Notes: generated from the sequence alone by a model not told the origin. Shown: positions 28,347 through 38,755, counted from the first letter of the stretch. The stretch: 64,000 bases of DNA from an uncultured delta proteobacterium (GCA_963771465.1 CAVYTU010000006.1:1-64000); one strand, 5' to 3'. Made by a program: numbers and translations.

Positions 28347-29117
28347 TTAGAGCATGATGGAAGTCAAAAAATAATCCCAGACCAGAATGAAAACGAACGA
28401 AAGCACCACCGACTCGGTGGTGGCCTGACTCACGCCGGTCGCCATCGGCGGCGCATGAAATCCCTTGTAGCAACAAATCCAGGTGATGATCAGGCCGAAG
28501 GAGAGCGACTTGATAAATCCGCTGTAGACATCGTGAAAGACGATGCTGCTTTCCATGCCGGCGAAAAAACTGCCGGAGCTGACGCCGAGCAGATTGACGC
28601 CGACGATATAGGACCCGAAAATCCCGATCACATCGAAAATCGCGGTCAACAGCGGCATCGCGATCAGGCTGGCGATGATCCGCGGCGACACGAGATACTT
28701 AACCGGGTTGATCGCCATCGAGTCGAGGGCGTCGATCTGCTCGGTGGCGCGCATGGTGCCGAGTTCCGCCGCCATCGCTGAGCCGGTCCGTCCCGTCACC
28801 ATGAATGCGGAAAGCACCGGGCCCAACTCGCGCAGCAGACCCAAGGCGGCCGCTGAACCGAGGAAACTTTCGGCGTTGAATTTTCTCAAACTATAATAGC
28901 CCTGAAAGCCCATGACCATGCCGGTAAAAAATCCCGACAAGGCGACTACCGAGAGCGACTCCACGCCGATGGTTTTAATGTGATGGATGATCAGGTAAAT
29001 CTTGGCTGGGCGACGGAAAGCCAGCGCCAGCGCTGACATCAGGAAGGAAAACATCCTTCCCATGCCGCCAACCTGTTCGATGGCAAATCGGCCGGTGCGG
29101 CCTAGAAAAGAAACCAT
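28347..29117 (-). CDS. mlaE: ABC permease MlaE
   Basis: RELGPVL and GRTGSAMAAELGTMRATEQIDAL motifs. Confidence 0.94.
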   Translation of the reverse strand: MVSFLGRTGRFAIEQVGGMGRMFSFLMSALALAFRRPAKIYLIIHHIKTIGVESLSVVALSGFFTGMVMGFQGYYSLRKFNAESFLGSAAALGLLRELGPVLSAFMVTGRTGSAMAAELGTMRATEQIDALDSMAINPVKYLVSPRIIASLIAMPLLTAIFDVIGIFGSYIVGVNLLGVSSGSFFAGMESSIVFHDVYSGFIKSLSFGLIITWICCYKGFHAPPMATGVSQATTESVVLSFVFILVWDYFLTSIML

Positions 29118-29197
29118 GGGTTATAAGTGTGAAGCGCAGCGAAGTTATTGAATGCCAGTTAAATACCGAAATCCATCGCGGGTTGCAAGGAAAGGAT

Positions 29198-30064
29198 ATG
29201 AAGTATTTCCACCATGCCACAACGACGCTTGAGGGCGCGGCGAAGCTGGGCCCGCTGGCGCCGATTTATCGGCGCCGGGCTTCAGCGCCGACACAATCGG
29301 ACGACGAAACCCTGGACGCGCTGTTCCACGGCAAAGTGAAACTGTTTCAAAGTCGCAGCGGTTACCGGTTTTCCTTGGACGCACTCTTGTTGGCGCACTT
29401 TGTCACGCTCAAAGCGCGCGAGCGCGCCGTCGATCTCGGCACCGGTAATGGCGTGATCCCGCTCATCTTGGCGCGCTTACGCAGCGACGTTGCGATCACC
29501 GCCGTCGAGATCCAGCCGGCCATGGCGGAGCGCGCCGCGCGAAACGTCCGGCTCAATCAATTTGAAAGCCAAATTCACGTCCGTCTTGGCGATATTCGCG
29601 AGGCCGACGCGATCGCGCCGGCGGCGAGCTTCGACGTGGCGGTATGCAATCCGCCCTATCGCCATGCGGCCAGCGGAAGGATCAGTCCCAACGATGAGAA
29701 GCGCATCGCGCGCCACGAATCCCGCGGCGCGCTCGGCGACTTTTTGCGTGCGGCTGATTTTTTTCTGCGGCCCAGAGGACGCATGGCAGTGGTCTATCTC
29801 GCGGAGCGCGCGGTGGATTTATTTTCCGCCATGCGCGCCGCGCGCCTTGAACCGAAACGGGTGCGTATGGTGCACTCCTTCATGGACGCCGACGCGTCGC
29901 TGGTCTTGGTGGAAGGTGTGAAAGGCGGTCGAAGCGGAGTGAAAATCCTCCCGCCGTTGATTGTCTATGACGACGGCAAAAACTATAGCGCCGAAGTCGC
30001 TGCGATGATCGCCGGGGACGGCGCGACCTGCGGATTACGGCAAGAGAACAGCAGCGGATTATGA
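29198..30064 (+). CDS. tRNA1(Val) adenine-N6 methyltransferase family (YfiC/TrmN6-like); start uncertain
   Basis: QSRSGYRFSLDALLLA, DLGTGNG, CNPPY and IARHE motifs. Confidence 0.85.
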   Translation: MKYFHHATTTLEGAAKLGPLAPIYRRRASAPTQSDDETLDALFHGKVKLFQSRSGYRFSLDALLLAHFVTLKARERAVDLGTGNGVIPLILARLRSDVAITAVEIQPAMAERAARNVRLNQFESQIHVRLGDIREADAIAPAASFDVAVCNPPYRHAASGRISPNDEKRIARHESRGALGDFLRAADFFLRPRGRMAVVYLAERAVDLFSAMRAARLEPKRVRMVHSFMDADASLVLVEGVKGGRSGVKILPPLIVYDDGKNYSAEVAAMIAGDGATCGLRQENSSGL

Positions 30065-30065
30065 A

Positions 30066-30527
30066 CTAAGCTTTGGTGTTTCTCCGGGCGAAGCTATTTA
30101 AGAGCTTGCGAAAGGCTTCGCGAATTTCCGGATCGTCTATGGACAGCAAAAAATCTTCGTTCACTTGGCGCGGCGGGTCGGCGATAAGACTTGGCCCAAG
30201 GGATTCGTTTTGCGGCGCGTCGATTCGTCCAACCATAAAAAAAATAGTTTTCACCGCGTCGCTCTTGAGCCTTTGATTGAGTTTTTCGGCGATCATATCT
30301 TTCATAAATTGCAGTTGCTGCATCCACACCGGGCTCGATACTTTGACGAACAACGTGCCGTTACGGATTTTCTCCGGCTGAGCGTTGTTAGCGATGGTTT
30401 TGCCGACAACATCGTTCCAAATCGGCCAGACGCCGTACTCGTCTAACCGGGGCGTCAGATCGAGACGCTTGAGCGACTGACTCAAGACCGCGCCAAGGCG
30501 CTCTAACGGTAGCTCTTTTTTCGCCAT
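30066..30527 (-). CDS. dciA: DUF721 / DciA replicative helicase loader family
   Basis: WNDVVGKTIANNAQPEKIRNGTLFVKVSSPVWMQQLQF is the characteristic DUF721 core. Confidence 0.8.
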   Translation of the reverse strand: MAKKELPLERLGAVLSQSLKRLDLTPRLDEYGVWPIWNDVVGKTIANNAQPEKIRNGTLFVKVSSPVWMQQLQFMKDMIAEKLNQRLKSDAVKTIFFMVGRIDAPQNESLGPSLIADPPRQVNEDFLLSIDDPEIREAFRKLLNSFARRNTKA

Positions 30528-30657
30528 TTTCAGCCCCAGCGGCAAGTTAGCAGAAGCAATTGGTCGACGCCAGTTCACGCCGGTGCCTTGCGGGATTGCC
30601 AAACGAACGTCAAAACACGTGAAAAATCACGCTAAATTACCCGCCGAAAAATTTTTA

Positions 30658-30732
30658 TTGACAAAAAATAAAATTGTCTCTACAAGTACCAAATCTAGTG
30701 TATTTTTAATTCATCAACACCATATATTGCGA
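30658..30732 (+). promoter_or_regulatory. nrdJ promoter with two NrdR boxes
   Basis: TTGACA(30658)-17 bp-TACAAG(30681). Boxes gtaccaaatctagtgt (30686) and acaccatatattgcga (30717) start 31 bp apart and match the acaCwAtATaTwGtg consensus. Confidence 0.8.
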
Positions 30733-30760
30733 GCAGCCAGTGAAAGAGGGAGAATAAACC

Positions 30761-33526
30761 ATGGCGAATAATAATGTATCGCAGGCGGCCGATATGGGAG
30801 TCCAAGGAGCTCAGGAACGGGGTAAGACGGGGCTGAAGATCGCCCGCTACTTTACCCGCCCCGGTGTTCATCCTTATGACGAAATCGAGTGGGAGTTTCG
30901 CACCGCTTCAATTACCAACGAAAAGGGCAAAGTGGTATTTGAGCAGACCAACGTCGATATTCCTAAATCCTGGTCGCTGATGGCCACCCAGGTCGTCGTC
31001 TCTAAATATTTTCGCGGTCCTCTCGGCACGCCGCAGCGCGAACATAGTGTGCGCCAAATGATCGGCCGCGTGGTCGATACCATCACTGGTTGGGGCAATA
31101 AAGATGGCTATTTTGCCAGCGCCGACGATGCTCAGGCATTCGCCGACGAGCTGACCCATATTTTGGTCCATCAGAAGGCCTGCTTTAACAGCCCGGTGTG
31201 GTTTAACTGCGGCATCGAAGAAAAGCCCCAGTGCTCGGCTTGCTTCATTCTCGCCGTCGAAGACACCATGGATTCGATCCTCGATTGGTATCGCAAGGAA
31301 GGCGTGATCTTCAAAGGCGGCTCGGGCTCGGGCGTCAACCTTTCTAAGATTCGCTCCGCCAAAGAACAGTTGGCTGGCGGCGGTACGGCATCCGGTCCGG
31401 TTTCCTTCATGAAAGCCGCCGATGCATCGGCGGGCGTCATCAAATCCGGCGGTAAAACCCGGCGCGCCGCTAAAATGGTCGTCTTGAACGTCGATCACCC
31501 AGACATCGAAGAGTTCGTGAAATGCAAAGTCGAAGAGGAGAAAAAAGCTTGGGCGCTGATCGAAGCAGGCTATGATTCGAGCCTCGACGGTCCGGCTTAC
31601 GGCAGCGTGTTTTTCCAAAACGCCAACAACTCGGTGCGGGTCACCGACGAGTTCATGCAGGCAGTGCAAGAGGACCGCGAGTGGCAAACCAAATACGTCA
31701 AGAGCGGCCAGACTTGCGACACTTACAAGGCCAAAGATCTTTTGCGTATGATCGCGGAGAGCACTTATTTTTGCGGCGATCCCGGTATGCAGTACGACAC
31801 CACGATCAACGATTGGCATACCTGCTCGAACACGGCGCGCATCAACGCCTCCAATCCCTGTTCCGAGTACATGCACCTGGACAACTCGGCGTGTAATCTA
31901 GCTTCGCTCAATCTGCTCAAGTATCTGCGCGAGGACGGCGTCTTCGATACCGAGTCGTTTCGCCGCGCCGTCGATATTATCATTCTCGCCCAGGATATTT
32001 TGATCGATAATTCCTCCTATCCAACCGCGGAGATCACCGCCAATGCCCATGCGTTTCGTGAGCTCGGTTTGGGCTATGCCAATTTGGGCGCGCTCTTGAT
32101 GACTTTGGGTTTGCCCTATGATTCCGACGCTGGGCGAGCCTACGCTAGCGCGGTGACGGCGTTAATGTCGGGTCAAGGATATCTCCAGTCGGCGCGCAAC
32201 GCGGCGGCGACGGGAACTTTTGCCGGGTACGAACTTAACCGCCAGCCGATGCTCCGGGTGTTAAACAAACATCGCTCCCAGGCCTACAAAATTTCGCCGT
32301 CCCATGTGCCCCTCGATCTACTCGCCGCGGCGCGCGAAGCTTGGGACCAAACCTGCGCGGAAGCGGAAAAATTTGGCGTCAAGAATTCGCAAATATCAGT
32401 GCTCGCCCCCACCGGCACCATCGCTTTCATGATGGACTGCGACACCACCGGCGTCGAACCTGATATCGCGTTGATCAAATACAAAAAGTTGGTCGGCGGC
32501 GGCATGCTCAAGATGATCAATAACACCGTGCCGCGCGCGCTTAAGCGTCTGGGCTACGACGTTAAGCAAAGCCAGGAGATCGTCGAGTACATTGAAGAGA
32601 ACGACACCATCGAGGGTGCGCCGCATATTAAAGACGACGATCTGGCGGTGTTCGATTGCGCCTTCAAAGCGGAGAAGGGCAGCCGGACGATTCATTACAT
32701 GGGCCACGTAAAAATGATGGGCGCGGTACAGCCGTTTATTTCCGGGGCGATTTCCAAGACCATCAATATGCCCACCGACGCCACGGTGGAAGAGATCATG
32801 CACGCTTATATGGAGTCCTGGAAACTCGGGCTCAAAGCGATTGCTGTCTACCGTGACGGCTCCAAACGCACCCAGCCGCTCAATACTTCGAAGGATAAGG
32901 AAGAAAAGAAAGCGACGGTGGCGGAGAGTAAAGATGCCCGAGTACTGCGGCGCAAGCTGCCGGATGAGCGGCGCTCGATCACGCACAAATTCGATATCGC
33001 CGGCCACGAAGGCTACATCATCGCCGGCATGTACGAAGACGGTCAACCGGGGGAAATTTTCATCACCATGTCGAAGGAAGGTTCGACGATCTCCGGTCTG
33101 ATGGATTCCTTCGCCACGGCGATTTCCATAGCGCTCCAATACGGTGTGCCGTTACAGGGATTGGTCGACAAGTTCAGCCACATGCGCTTCGAGCCCTCGG
33201 GCTTCACCAAGAATCCCGATATTCCGATGGCTAAGTCGATTATGGATTATATCTTCCGTTGGCTCGCCAGTAAATTTCTCGATGGCGACGCGCAGCAAGA
33301 AGCCGGCGTCGTGAGACATGATCCGGTGGAAGAAGTGGCGCAAAAGAAAGTCGTTTCGATCACCGCGCACGCGCCACGCGGCGGCGCGCCGGTGGCGAGC
33401 ATCAGCAGCATTACGAGCTTGTATCAACAAGACGCGCCGCCCTGTTCCGACTGCGGCGCGATCATGATCCGCAGCGGCGCTTGCTATAAATGCATGAACT
33501 GCGGCGCGGTGAGCGGCTGCTCGTAA
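30761..33526 (+). CDS. nrdJ: Class II (B12-dependent) ribonucleotide reductase with C-terminal TSCPD/Zn-ribbon region
   Basis: FNSPVWFN, PQCSACFI, SNPCSE, ACNLAS, APTGTI, SGAISKTIN and YRDGSK motifs; C-terminal CSDC...CMNC. Confidence 0.96.
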   Translation: MANNNVSQAADMGVQGAQERGKTGLKIARYFTRPGVHPYDEIEWEFRTASITNEKGKVVFEQTNVDIPKSWSLMATQVVVSKYFRGPLGTPQREHSVRQMIGRVVDTITGWGNKDGYFASADDAQAFADELTHILVHQKACFNSPVWFNCGIEEKPQCSACFILAVEDTMDSILDWYRKEGVIFKGGSGSGVNLSKIRSAKEQLAGGGTASGPVSFMKAADASAGVIKSGGKTRRAAKMVVLNVDHPDIEEFVKCKVEEEKKAWALIEAGYDSSLDGPAYGSVFFQNANNSVRVTDEFMQAVQEDREWQTKYVKSGQTCDTYKAKDLLRMIAESTYFCGDPGMQYDTTINDWHTCSNTARINASNPCSEYMHLDNSACNLASLNLLKYLREDGVFDTESFRRAVDIIILAQDILIDNSSYPTAEITANAHAFRELGLGYANLGALLMTLGLPYDSDAGRAYASAVTALMSGQGYLQSARNAAATGTFAGYELNRQPMLRVLNKHRSQAYKISPSHVPLDLLAAAREAWDQTCAEAEKFGVKNSQISVLAPTGTIAFMMDCDTTGVEPDIALIKYKKLVGGGMLKMINNTVPRALKRLGYDVKQSQEIVEYIEENDTIEGAPHIKDDDLAVFDCAFKAEKGSRTIHYMGHVKMMGAVQPFISGAISKTINMPTDATVEEIMHAYMESWKLGLKAIAVYRDGSKRTQPLNTSKDKEEKKATVAESKDARVLRRKLPDERRSITHKFDIAGHEGYIIAGMYEDGQPGEIFITMSKEGSTISGLMDSFATAISIALQYGVPLQGLVDKFSHMRFEPSGFTKNPDIPMAKSIMDYIFRWLASKFLDGDAQQEAGVVRHDPVEEVAQKKVVSITAHAPRGGAPVASISSITSLYQQDAPPCSDCGAIMIRSGACYKCMNCGAVSGCS

Positions 33527-33555
33527 TTCAGGCTTTTCGAGTCATACCGAACAGT

Positions 33556-33590
33556 CAAACGGGCTGGTAGTTTTGCTACCAGCCCGTTTG
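33556..33590. terminator. Hairpin terminator between convergent nrdJ and the MmgE/PrpD gene
   Basis: caaacgggctggtag-ttttg-ctaccagcccgtttg, a 15-bp perfect stem. Confidence 0.8.
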
Positions 33591-33637
33591 TTCATCCAGA
33601 ATGCTCCCTCGTAGGTTTGACTGTCTTTAGCTTCTAG

Positions 33638-34978
33638 TCATTCCCCGCGGACATGGTCCAGAAGTTTGGCTATGTCATCAACGTTTTCCAAGTTCAGTAC
33701 GGTGTCGCGCACTTGTGCCGCTCTCTGTGGCGAGAGGCTCCCTTGGACGCAAGTCAAATACTTCGCTTCGAGATCCTCTCGGTTGCTGATACGGCGTGAA
33801 TGAGTGACTTCGGTGGAGTGGCTCTGTCCATTCTTCAGGTGGATCGTGAGCCGTTCTTTAGGCCTTCTTTCGACCGAGCCTCCCGGCGGCGGGACGATGC
33901 GAAGCCGGCGCATCAACGCTTGGACGTCCTGAGATCGCACCCGCTCGTGGGTCATTTGCCGAAGCCCCATCTGGCCATCGAGAAGAGCCACGGCCAGACA
34001 GTATTGTAGGCTGTACTGACCTTCGTGCGCATCAACGGCTTCGGCCCGCCTCAATGAAAACGAATGAAGATCGCACTCGATCCGGTCGACTTCCTCGGCC
34101 CGGATACCGTGCTTTTTCACCAGTTCCACTACCGCCTCGATCGGTCGGTGGGAAGGGCTACAACTAGGATATTCTTTGGTGATCGCGCCGCGCTCGAGCT
34201 CGTAACGCTTGCCCAAGTCGCGGGTGAGGGAATTCCAGTCTATCTCACCATCACCGCAAAACGCGTCGGCCATCCCTTGCGAGGTTTCTAAAATCGATTT
34301 TTCGGCGGTGAATCCACGCGCCGCCAGCGTGGCAGCCATCACGCCGTTGCGCGCAGCATTACCAGAAACCAAAGCCTTGGCCATCGTCCCCATGTTCGCG
34401 CGCAGGCCACAAGCCCCGTTCGCGGCAATGCCAAAGGCGGTTTTCATCTGCTCCAAGTTTAAGCCCACAACCACAGCGGCCGCAGCCGCAGCTCCCAAAG
34501 AACCATTCGTTCCCGTGTGGTGCCAGCCCCGATAGGTCGGGCCGGTTAACTTTTCGCGACCGGCATCGAAGGCCGCATCCAAACGCGAACAAACCTCTCG
34601 TCCTAAAACATAGGCTTGGAGTATTTTGGCGCCGGATAAGTGCGCCGGCTCACCAAGCGCGAGCGCCGCCGGTAGCGTTTGGGTGCTGTAGTGACCGCTG
34701 TCATCGTAGTCGAGCGCATGGGAAGCATGGCCATTGGCAAGCGCTGCAAGTAGCGGCGAGCTACGAAACCCTTGTCCAATAACCGTTGCGCGCGCGGCGG
34801 CTTCTTGGTCTTGCACCCAACGCGCCAATAATTTACAGCCAGGATCACGGGCGCCGGCGAGGATCACTCCAAATGTGTCCAGCATCATCAGCTTGGCATT
34901 TTGAAGAACCACGGCGGGAATATCTTCCAGTCCTGTGCGGACGACAAACTGGGCTAGCGCTTCGGTTGCTCCGTTCAT
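33638..34978 (-). CDS. MmgE/PrpD family protein
   Basis: LDTFGVILAG, ANGHASHALDYDD, GWHHTG, KEYPSC and QYSLQY motifs. Confidence 0.9.
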   Translation of the reverse strand: MNGATEALAQFVVRTGLEDIPAVVLQNAKLMMLDTFGVILAGARDPGCKLLARWVQDQEAAARATVIGQGFRSSPLLAALANGHASHALDYDDSGHYSTQTLPAALALGEPAHLSGAKILQAYVLGREVCSRLDAAFDAGREKLTGPTYRGWHHTGTNGSLGAAAAAAVVVGLNLEQMKTAFGIAANGACGLRANMGTMAKALVSGNAARNGVMAATLAARGFTAEKSILETSQGMADAFCGDGEIDWNSLTRDLGKRYELERGAITKEYPSCSPSHRPIEAVVELVKKHGIRAEEVDRIECDLHSFSLRRAEAVDAHEGQYSLQYCLAVALLDGQMGLRQMTHERVRSQDVQALMRRLRIVPPPGGSVERRPKERLTIHLKNGQSHSTEVTHSRRISNREDLEAKYLTCVQGSLSPQRAAQVRDTVLNLENVDDIAKLLDHVRGE

Positions 34979-35356
34979 AATCGCTCCTTATTTCGCGGGA
35001 GAAAAAACTTGTGATCAGCCTGCGCTTACCACGGCAATTCAACGAATGTCAACGGAGTTCGCTTGCCGACCAACTCAACGAAGCCCAAAGCGTTCTCAAC
35101 GCCGCGAGCGATCCCTACGCCGGCCTTTTATGGTTGGAGTTCTTATGCTCTCCGGTGGATCAAGCGATCGTAGATCAGTATGAGCCATATGGCGCATCTT
35201 ATCTCACCGCCGGCTCGGTCCAGGAAAAGATTGTGCGTGGATTGAAACTGTCTGTTGTCGACTGGGAGCTGTTACCAAGCTCGACGAATACCAAAAGAAA
35301 ATCACCGAGGCCTATGGTTTTCCCAGAGCCAATGCAAAATAAAATATTTGGGCAGC

Positions 35357-36391
35357 TCAACGAAGAAGGTTTTTCACCCGCTCGATAACCGTGCCAGTTT
35401 GATTCATCAGCTCTTTGATCAAAACCTGGAGATCCTCGCCGCTTGTGGGATCCACGTCCAGATTAAACTTTTTGGCTTCGGCTAGGAGTTCGGCATCCCG
35501 CAACGACCGCGCGTAAGCGTCGCGCAAAATTTTCACCTTGTCGGCGGGCGTTCCCGGTGGAGCGACCATTGGGCGGCCCAGATCGTCGCCGACTAGAAGG
35601 ACTTGCGCGACGCGACGGCTGACTTCCGGAGTCTTATGCTTGTCCATCAGCTCATAAATTGTCGGCACGTCCAGCGCCCTCGAGTCACGTTTCATCCCAC
35701 CCTGTAACAGATGGCGATCAAAACCGGTCTTGTCCCATGTTAAGAACGGTTCCCGGCTGAAATGCACGGCCATACGAGTGGTTCGACAAACAGCCTCGCC
35801 CTTTTCCACCGCGAGGGCTGCCTCGGTGCCGCCTTGATAGCCTGTAACCAACGCAAACTTCGCTCCCAAGGTCTCTTCCAATATCTTCGTCATGATATAC
35901 GTCAAATCGGTAGTTCCTGAATTGCTACACTTCGGCGGCTCCTTGGCTTTCATGATGCTCTCAATGGACTTGTGCGGCGAATCGGCTCGAATGTAGTGCA
36001 TCATCGGGTCTTTTTCCTGCGTCCCAATCCAGTTGAAGTTCACCATCTTGAACTGCGCCTCTTTTCGTCCCACCAACTCGTCTAAGTACAAGTTGTTTTG
36101 GAACATGCCGACGGTCAAGCCGTCGGGCTTGGCCACCGTATAAAGATAATTAGCCGCCACCATCGAGCCGGCACCCGGCATATTCTGAACCAGCATGTTG
36201 GGGTTGCCGGGGATATATTTTGGCATGGTACGCGCAAACATACGCGCCCAGTGATCGTAGGTGCCTCCGGTCGTAGTGCCCGCGACAATCCGTATCGTTT
36301 TGTCCTGATAGAAAGGCGCTCTCTGCCCATTGGCAGTCGAGTACGGCAGCAAAAAAATCAGCCAGAAGGCAACCAGGCTCTTATGTGCCAT
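35357..36391 (-). CDS. Orphan Bug/TctC-family substrate-binding protein
   Basis: FYQDKTIRIVAGTTTGGTYD, QNMPGAGS, AKPDGLT and APPGTP motifs. Confidence 0.88.
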   Translation of the reverse strand: MAHKSLVAFWLIFLLPYSTANGQRAPFYQDKTIRIVAGTTTGGTYDHWARMFARTMPKYIPGNPNMLVQNMPGAGSMVAANYLYTVAKPDGLTVGMFQNNLYLDELVGRKEAQFKMVNFNWIGTQEKDPMMHYIRADSPHKSIESIMKAKEPPKCSNSGTTDLTYIMTKILEETLGAKFALVTGYQGGTEAALAVEKGEAVCRTTRMAVHFSREPFLTWDKTGFDRHLLQGGMKRDSRALDVPTIYELMDKHKTPEVSRRVAQVLLVGDDLGRPMVAPPGTPADKVKILRDAYARSLRDAELLAEAKKFNLDVDPTSGEDLQVLIKELMNQTGTVIERVKNLLR

Positions 36392-36598
36392 CGTTTTTCT
36401 CCCCGAGGGCTGGAAACATGTCCAATGGCGAAAGCTGCTAACCTATCTGCGGCGTAAGTCCCAGCGAAAATTTTTTTTTCACGAATTTAGTTTCCGTGTC
36501 GCTGTTGCGCTCCTTTTTCGCCGAGAGCGACGATTAAGACTGGACAATAGCTGTAATGATCCGGTGTTCGGCGTTGAAAAACTTGCTGCCAGCGGCGG

Positions 36599-37204
36599 CT
36601 ATTTTTTCTCCAGGTGCAACATGCCCTTTTGCGTGTCGATGTCCATGCGAAAGTTGCTTAAGAAATTCAAACCCAGAAGGCCGGCGGCTGTGGCTTCCGG
36701 TGTGGTGTCATGGACCGCGGCGGTAAGATTCTTGATCTCCATGCCGCCGACCGTGATCGAATCGAGCGTGGTGAGCGGCGCTTCGACGACGCCGTTGGCA
36801 GTGTGAAAGGGAGCGGTTTTGAGGTTGCGACTAACATCGATGTTGAGCTCGCGGGCGAGCGCTTGGGAGATAAAGGTATAACTGGCGCCGGTATCGACGA
36901 CCAGCTTGGTGATCTGGCGATTGTTCAAGGTCACCGGGACGATCACGATGTTGCCGTGTCGTTCAATCGGGATGGAAGCCTTGCGCAGCGCTGGCGCCGC
37001 GACCTTGATGTCGGGCTCGGCCATGCGCGGATTTTCTTTGGCTTGAATTCGGTTGGCGCCCTCGCGTTTCGTTGGCGGGACGTTGTGAAGGTTATCAGTG
37101 ATGTGCAGCACTCCGCTGTCATCGACCCAGCGGTAGTATTCCGCGGCAAAGACCGGATTGGCGGTGAGCCAGATGGCTAGGATCAAACCTCGCACGGGAT
37201 TCAT
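36599..37204 (-). CDS. Secreted DUF4124 + retropepsin-like aspartic protease
   Basis: Signal peptide; YRWVDDSGVLHITD (DUF4124); VVDTGASYT and GLLGLNFL motifs. Confidence 0.88.
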   Translation of the reverse strand: MNPVRGLILAIWLTANPVFAAEYYRWVDDSGVLHITDNLHNVPPTKREGANRIQAKENPRMAEPDIKVAAPALRKASIPIERHGNIVIVPVTLNNRQITKLVVDTGASYTFISQALARELNIDVSRNLKTAPFHTANGVVEAPLTTLDSITVGGMEIKNLTAAVHDTTPEATAAGLLGLNFLSNFRMDIDTQKGMLHLEKK

Positions 37205-37386
37205 GGTTGCAATCAATTTACCATGCTTGCCGGTTCGGTGAAACAAACTTATTGCTGGCGGTTCGGCGCTGCAGGTTTGAAGTTGGATTTCCGGAAGAGG
37301 AAAAGGCGGGTAATGTTGTCGTTTTTCCCCTAGACGGAGCGCCAAAGACGCTGGCCGACCTTGGTCGCGAGCGGTCGCTGCTATTG

Positions 37387-37680
37387 CTATCCGGCGACCT
37401 CATAGGTTTTCACTTCCACTTTCGCTACGTTCATCAGCGCGCGCGTATGTTGTTGGATCGTGCGATGGGCGTCGCTGGCGCGATAGCGATCGATCGCTTC
37501 CTGGTTGTCCCAGGTGCTAAGCGAAACAAATTCACCAGGACTTTCCCGGCTGCGCAAAAAGTGCTCGCTCTTACAGCCCGGCTGCTCGATCAATAGCGCG
37601 CCGCAGTCTTCCTTCCACAGCCGTTCAGCCTCAGCGATTTTATCGGGCGGCACCTTAACGAGAATCATTCGGGTAATCAT
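37387..37680 (-). CDS. Antibiotic biosynthesis monooxygenase (ABM) family protein
   Basis: QPGC and STWDNQEAIDRYRASDAH motifs; 97 aa; AGGAGG RBS. Confidence 0.85.
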   Translation of the reverse strand: MITRMILVKVPPDKIAEAERLWKEDCGALLIEQPGCKSEHFLRSRESPGEFVSLSTWDNQEAIDRYRASDAHRTIQQHTRALMNVAKVEVKTYEVAG

Positions 37681-38009
37681 GGATGTTCCTCCTTATTGGC
37701 AAATTTGGCTAACCTTTGAAATTCAACACCATACTCTGGGCCAGCATACGGGTATTTCATCGACTTCGGTTTAATGACTCTAATATCGGGCCGTTTGTGA
37801 GCCAGCTTCGCCAAGAGCTTGAAAGTTTTTTCCCGTTCCGCTGGCAAAGACTCTGCATCATAGATAACGAGAGCGAAGTATTGAACATGGAGTCTCCGCT
37901 TGGCCTCGGCTGGAGCAGTCACGGCTTCGGTCACCAGCTCGTGGGACAGTCGAGTTGCTAGTGTGTTGCGAATAACCGCGTCTTTCGCAATGACTGGAAC
38001 ATGGCTCAT
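37677..38009 (-). CDS. Hypothetical protein, degenerate receiver-domain-like
   Basis: RBS AAGGA; ATGA overlap with the ABM gene; HVPVIAKD..IR..L and FALVIYD resemble REC beta1/beta3. Confidence 0.5.
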   Translation of the reverse strand: MSHVPVIAKDAVIRNTLATRLSHELVTEAVTAPAEAKRRLHVQYFALVIYDAESLPAEREKTFKLLAKLAHKRPDIRVIKPKSMKYPYAGPEYGVEFQRLAKFANKEEHP

Positions 38010-38230
38010 ACGAGTTTCCTTTTAGAGCTATTGCGCCTTATGTTTCAAGAGCCCGTGTTCCTATCGTTTGGGACGATCCGCCATGTTGTCTAATGCCCGC
38101 ACTTCAAGATGAATTTGCATATTGACACCTGCAAGGCCGGTGCTAGCGTTTTAGACGGTAGAGGATAACTGTTCGAGCGGCTGTTGCGGTGCTGTGAACG
38201 GGGCCATCATTAGCCCTGGAAGGAGTGTTT

Positions 38231-38755
38231 ATGGCGCTTCAATCTCACACCACGAGCGCGCCCGCCGTGGTTTCTGAACCTTCAGAGTTTTCTGGCGTAT
38301 ACGTTGAAGGAGTTGTCGCCGGTCTTATCGGCGCGGCAACGATTGCCATATGGTTTTTCATTCTCGATCTCTATAACGGCAAACCCTTTTATACGCCCAA
38401 CGTTTTGGGGGCCGCGTTGTCTCTGTCCGGAACCATCCCTGATCCTGCGACGGCGCCTATCTCAATGGAGTTAGTTGTGTTCTATACATGGATTCACGCG
38501 TTGATATTCTGCGCGATTGGCGGGTTGGCCGCGAAACTTCTCGCGCTGGCGGAGCGTGATCTTAACTTTGGCTTCGGCATCCTGCTTCTTCTCGTCGTCT
38601 TTGAATTTGGCTTTATCGCCGCAGCGATGGTGTTCGCAGAACCGGTACTGCGGGCGTTGGCATGGCCAGCGGTCCTGTTGGGCAATTTGCTGGCGGCGGG
38701 CGCGATGGCAGTCTACTTTTGGCGCCACCATCCCAAGCTGGCGATCGCACCGTGA
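38231..38755 (+). CDS. Hypothetical membrane protein (~4 TM)
   Basis: AGGAG RBS; hydrophobic segments; GKPFYTPNVLG loop. Confidence 0.8.
   Translation: MALQSHTTSAPAVVSEPSEFSGVYVEGVVAGLIGAATIAIWFFILDLYNGKPFYTPNVLGAALSLSGTIPDPATAPISMELVVFYTWIHALIFCAIGGLAAKLLALAERDLNFGFGILLLLVVFEFGFIAAAMVFAEPVLRALAWPAVLLGNLLAAGAMAVYFWRHHPKLAIAP

Noticed and set aside
35011-35388. 125-aa ORF
   Set aside because: No motif or clear RBS, overlaps the Bug gene end, and opposes both neighbours.
38130-38145. Sigma54-like site on the minus strand (TAGCAC-N5-TTGCA)
   Set aside because: The invariant GG is absent and there is no supporting enhancer.
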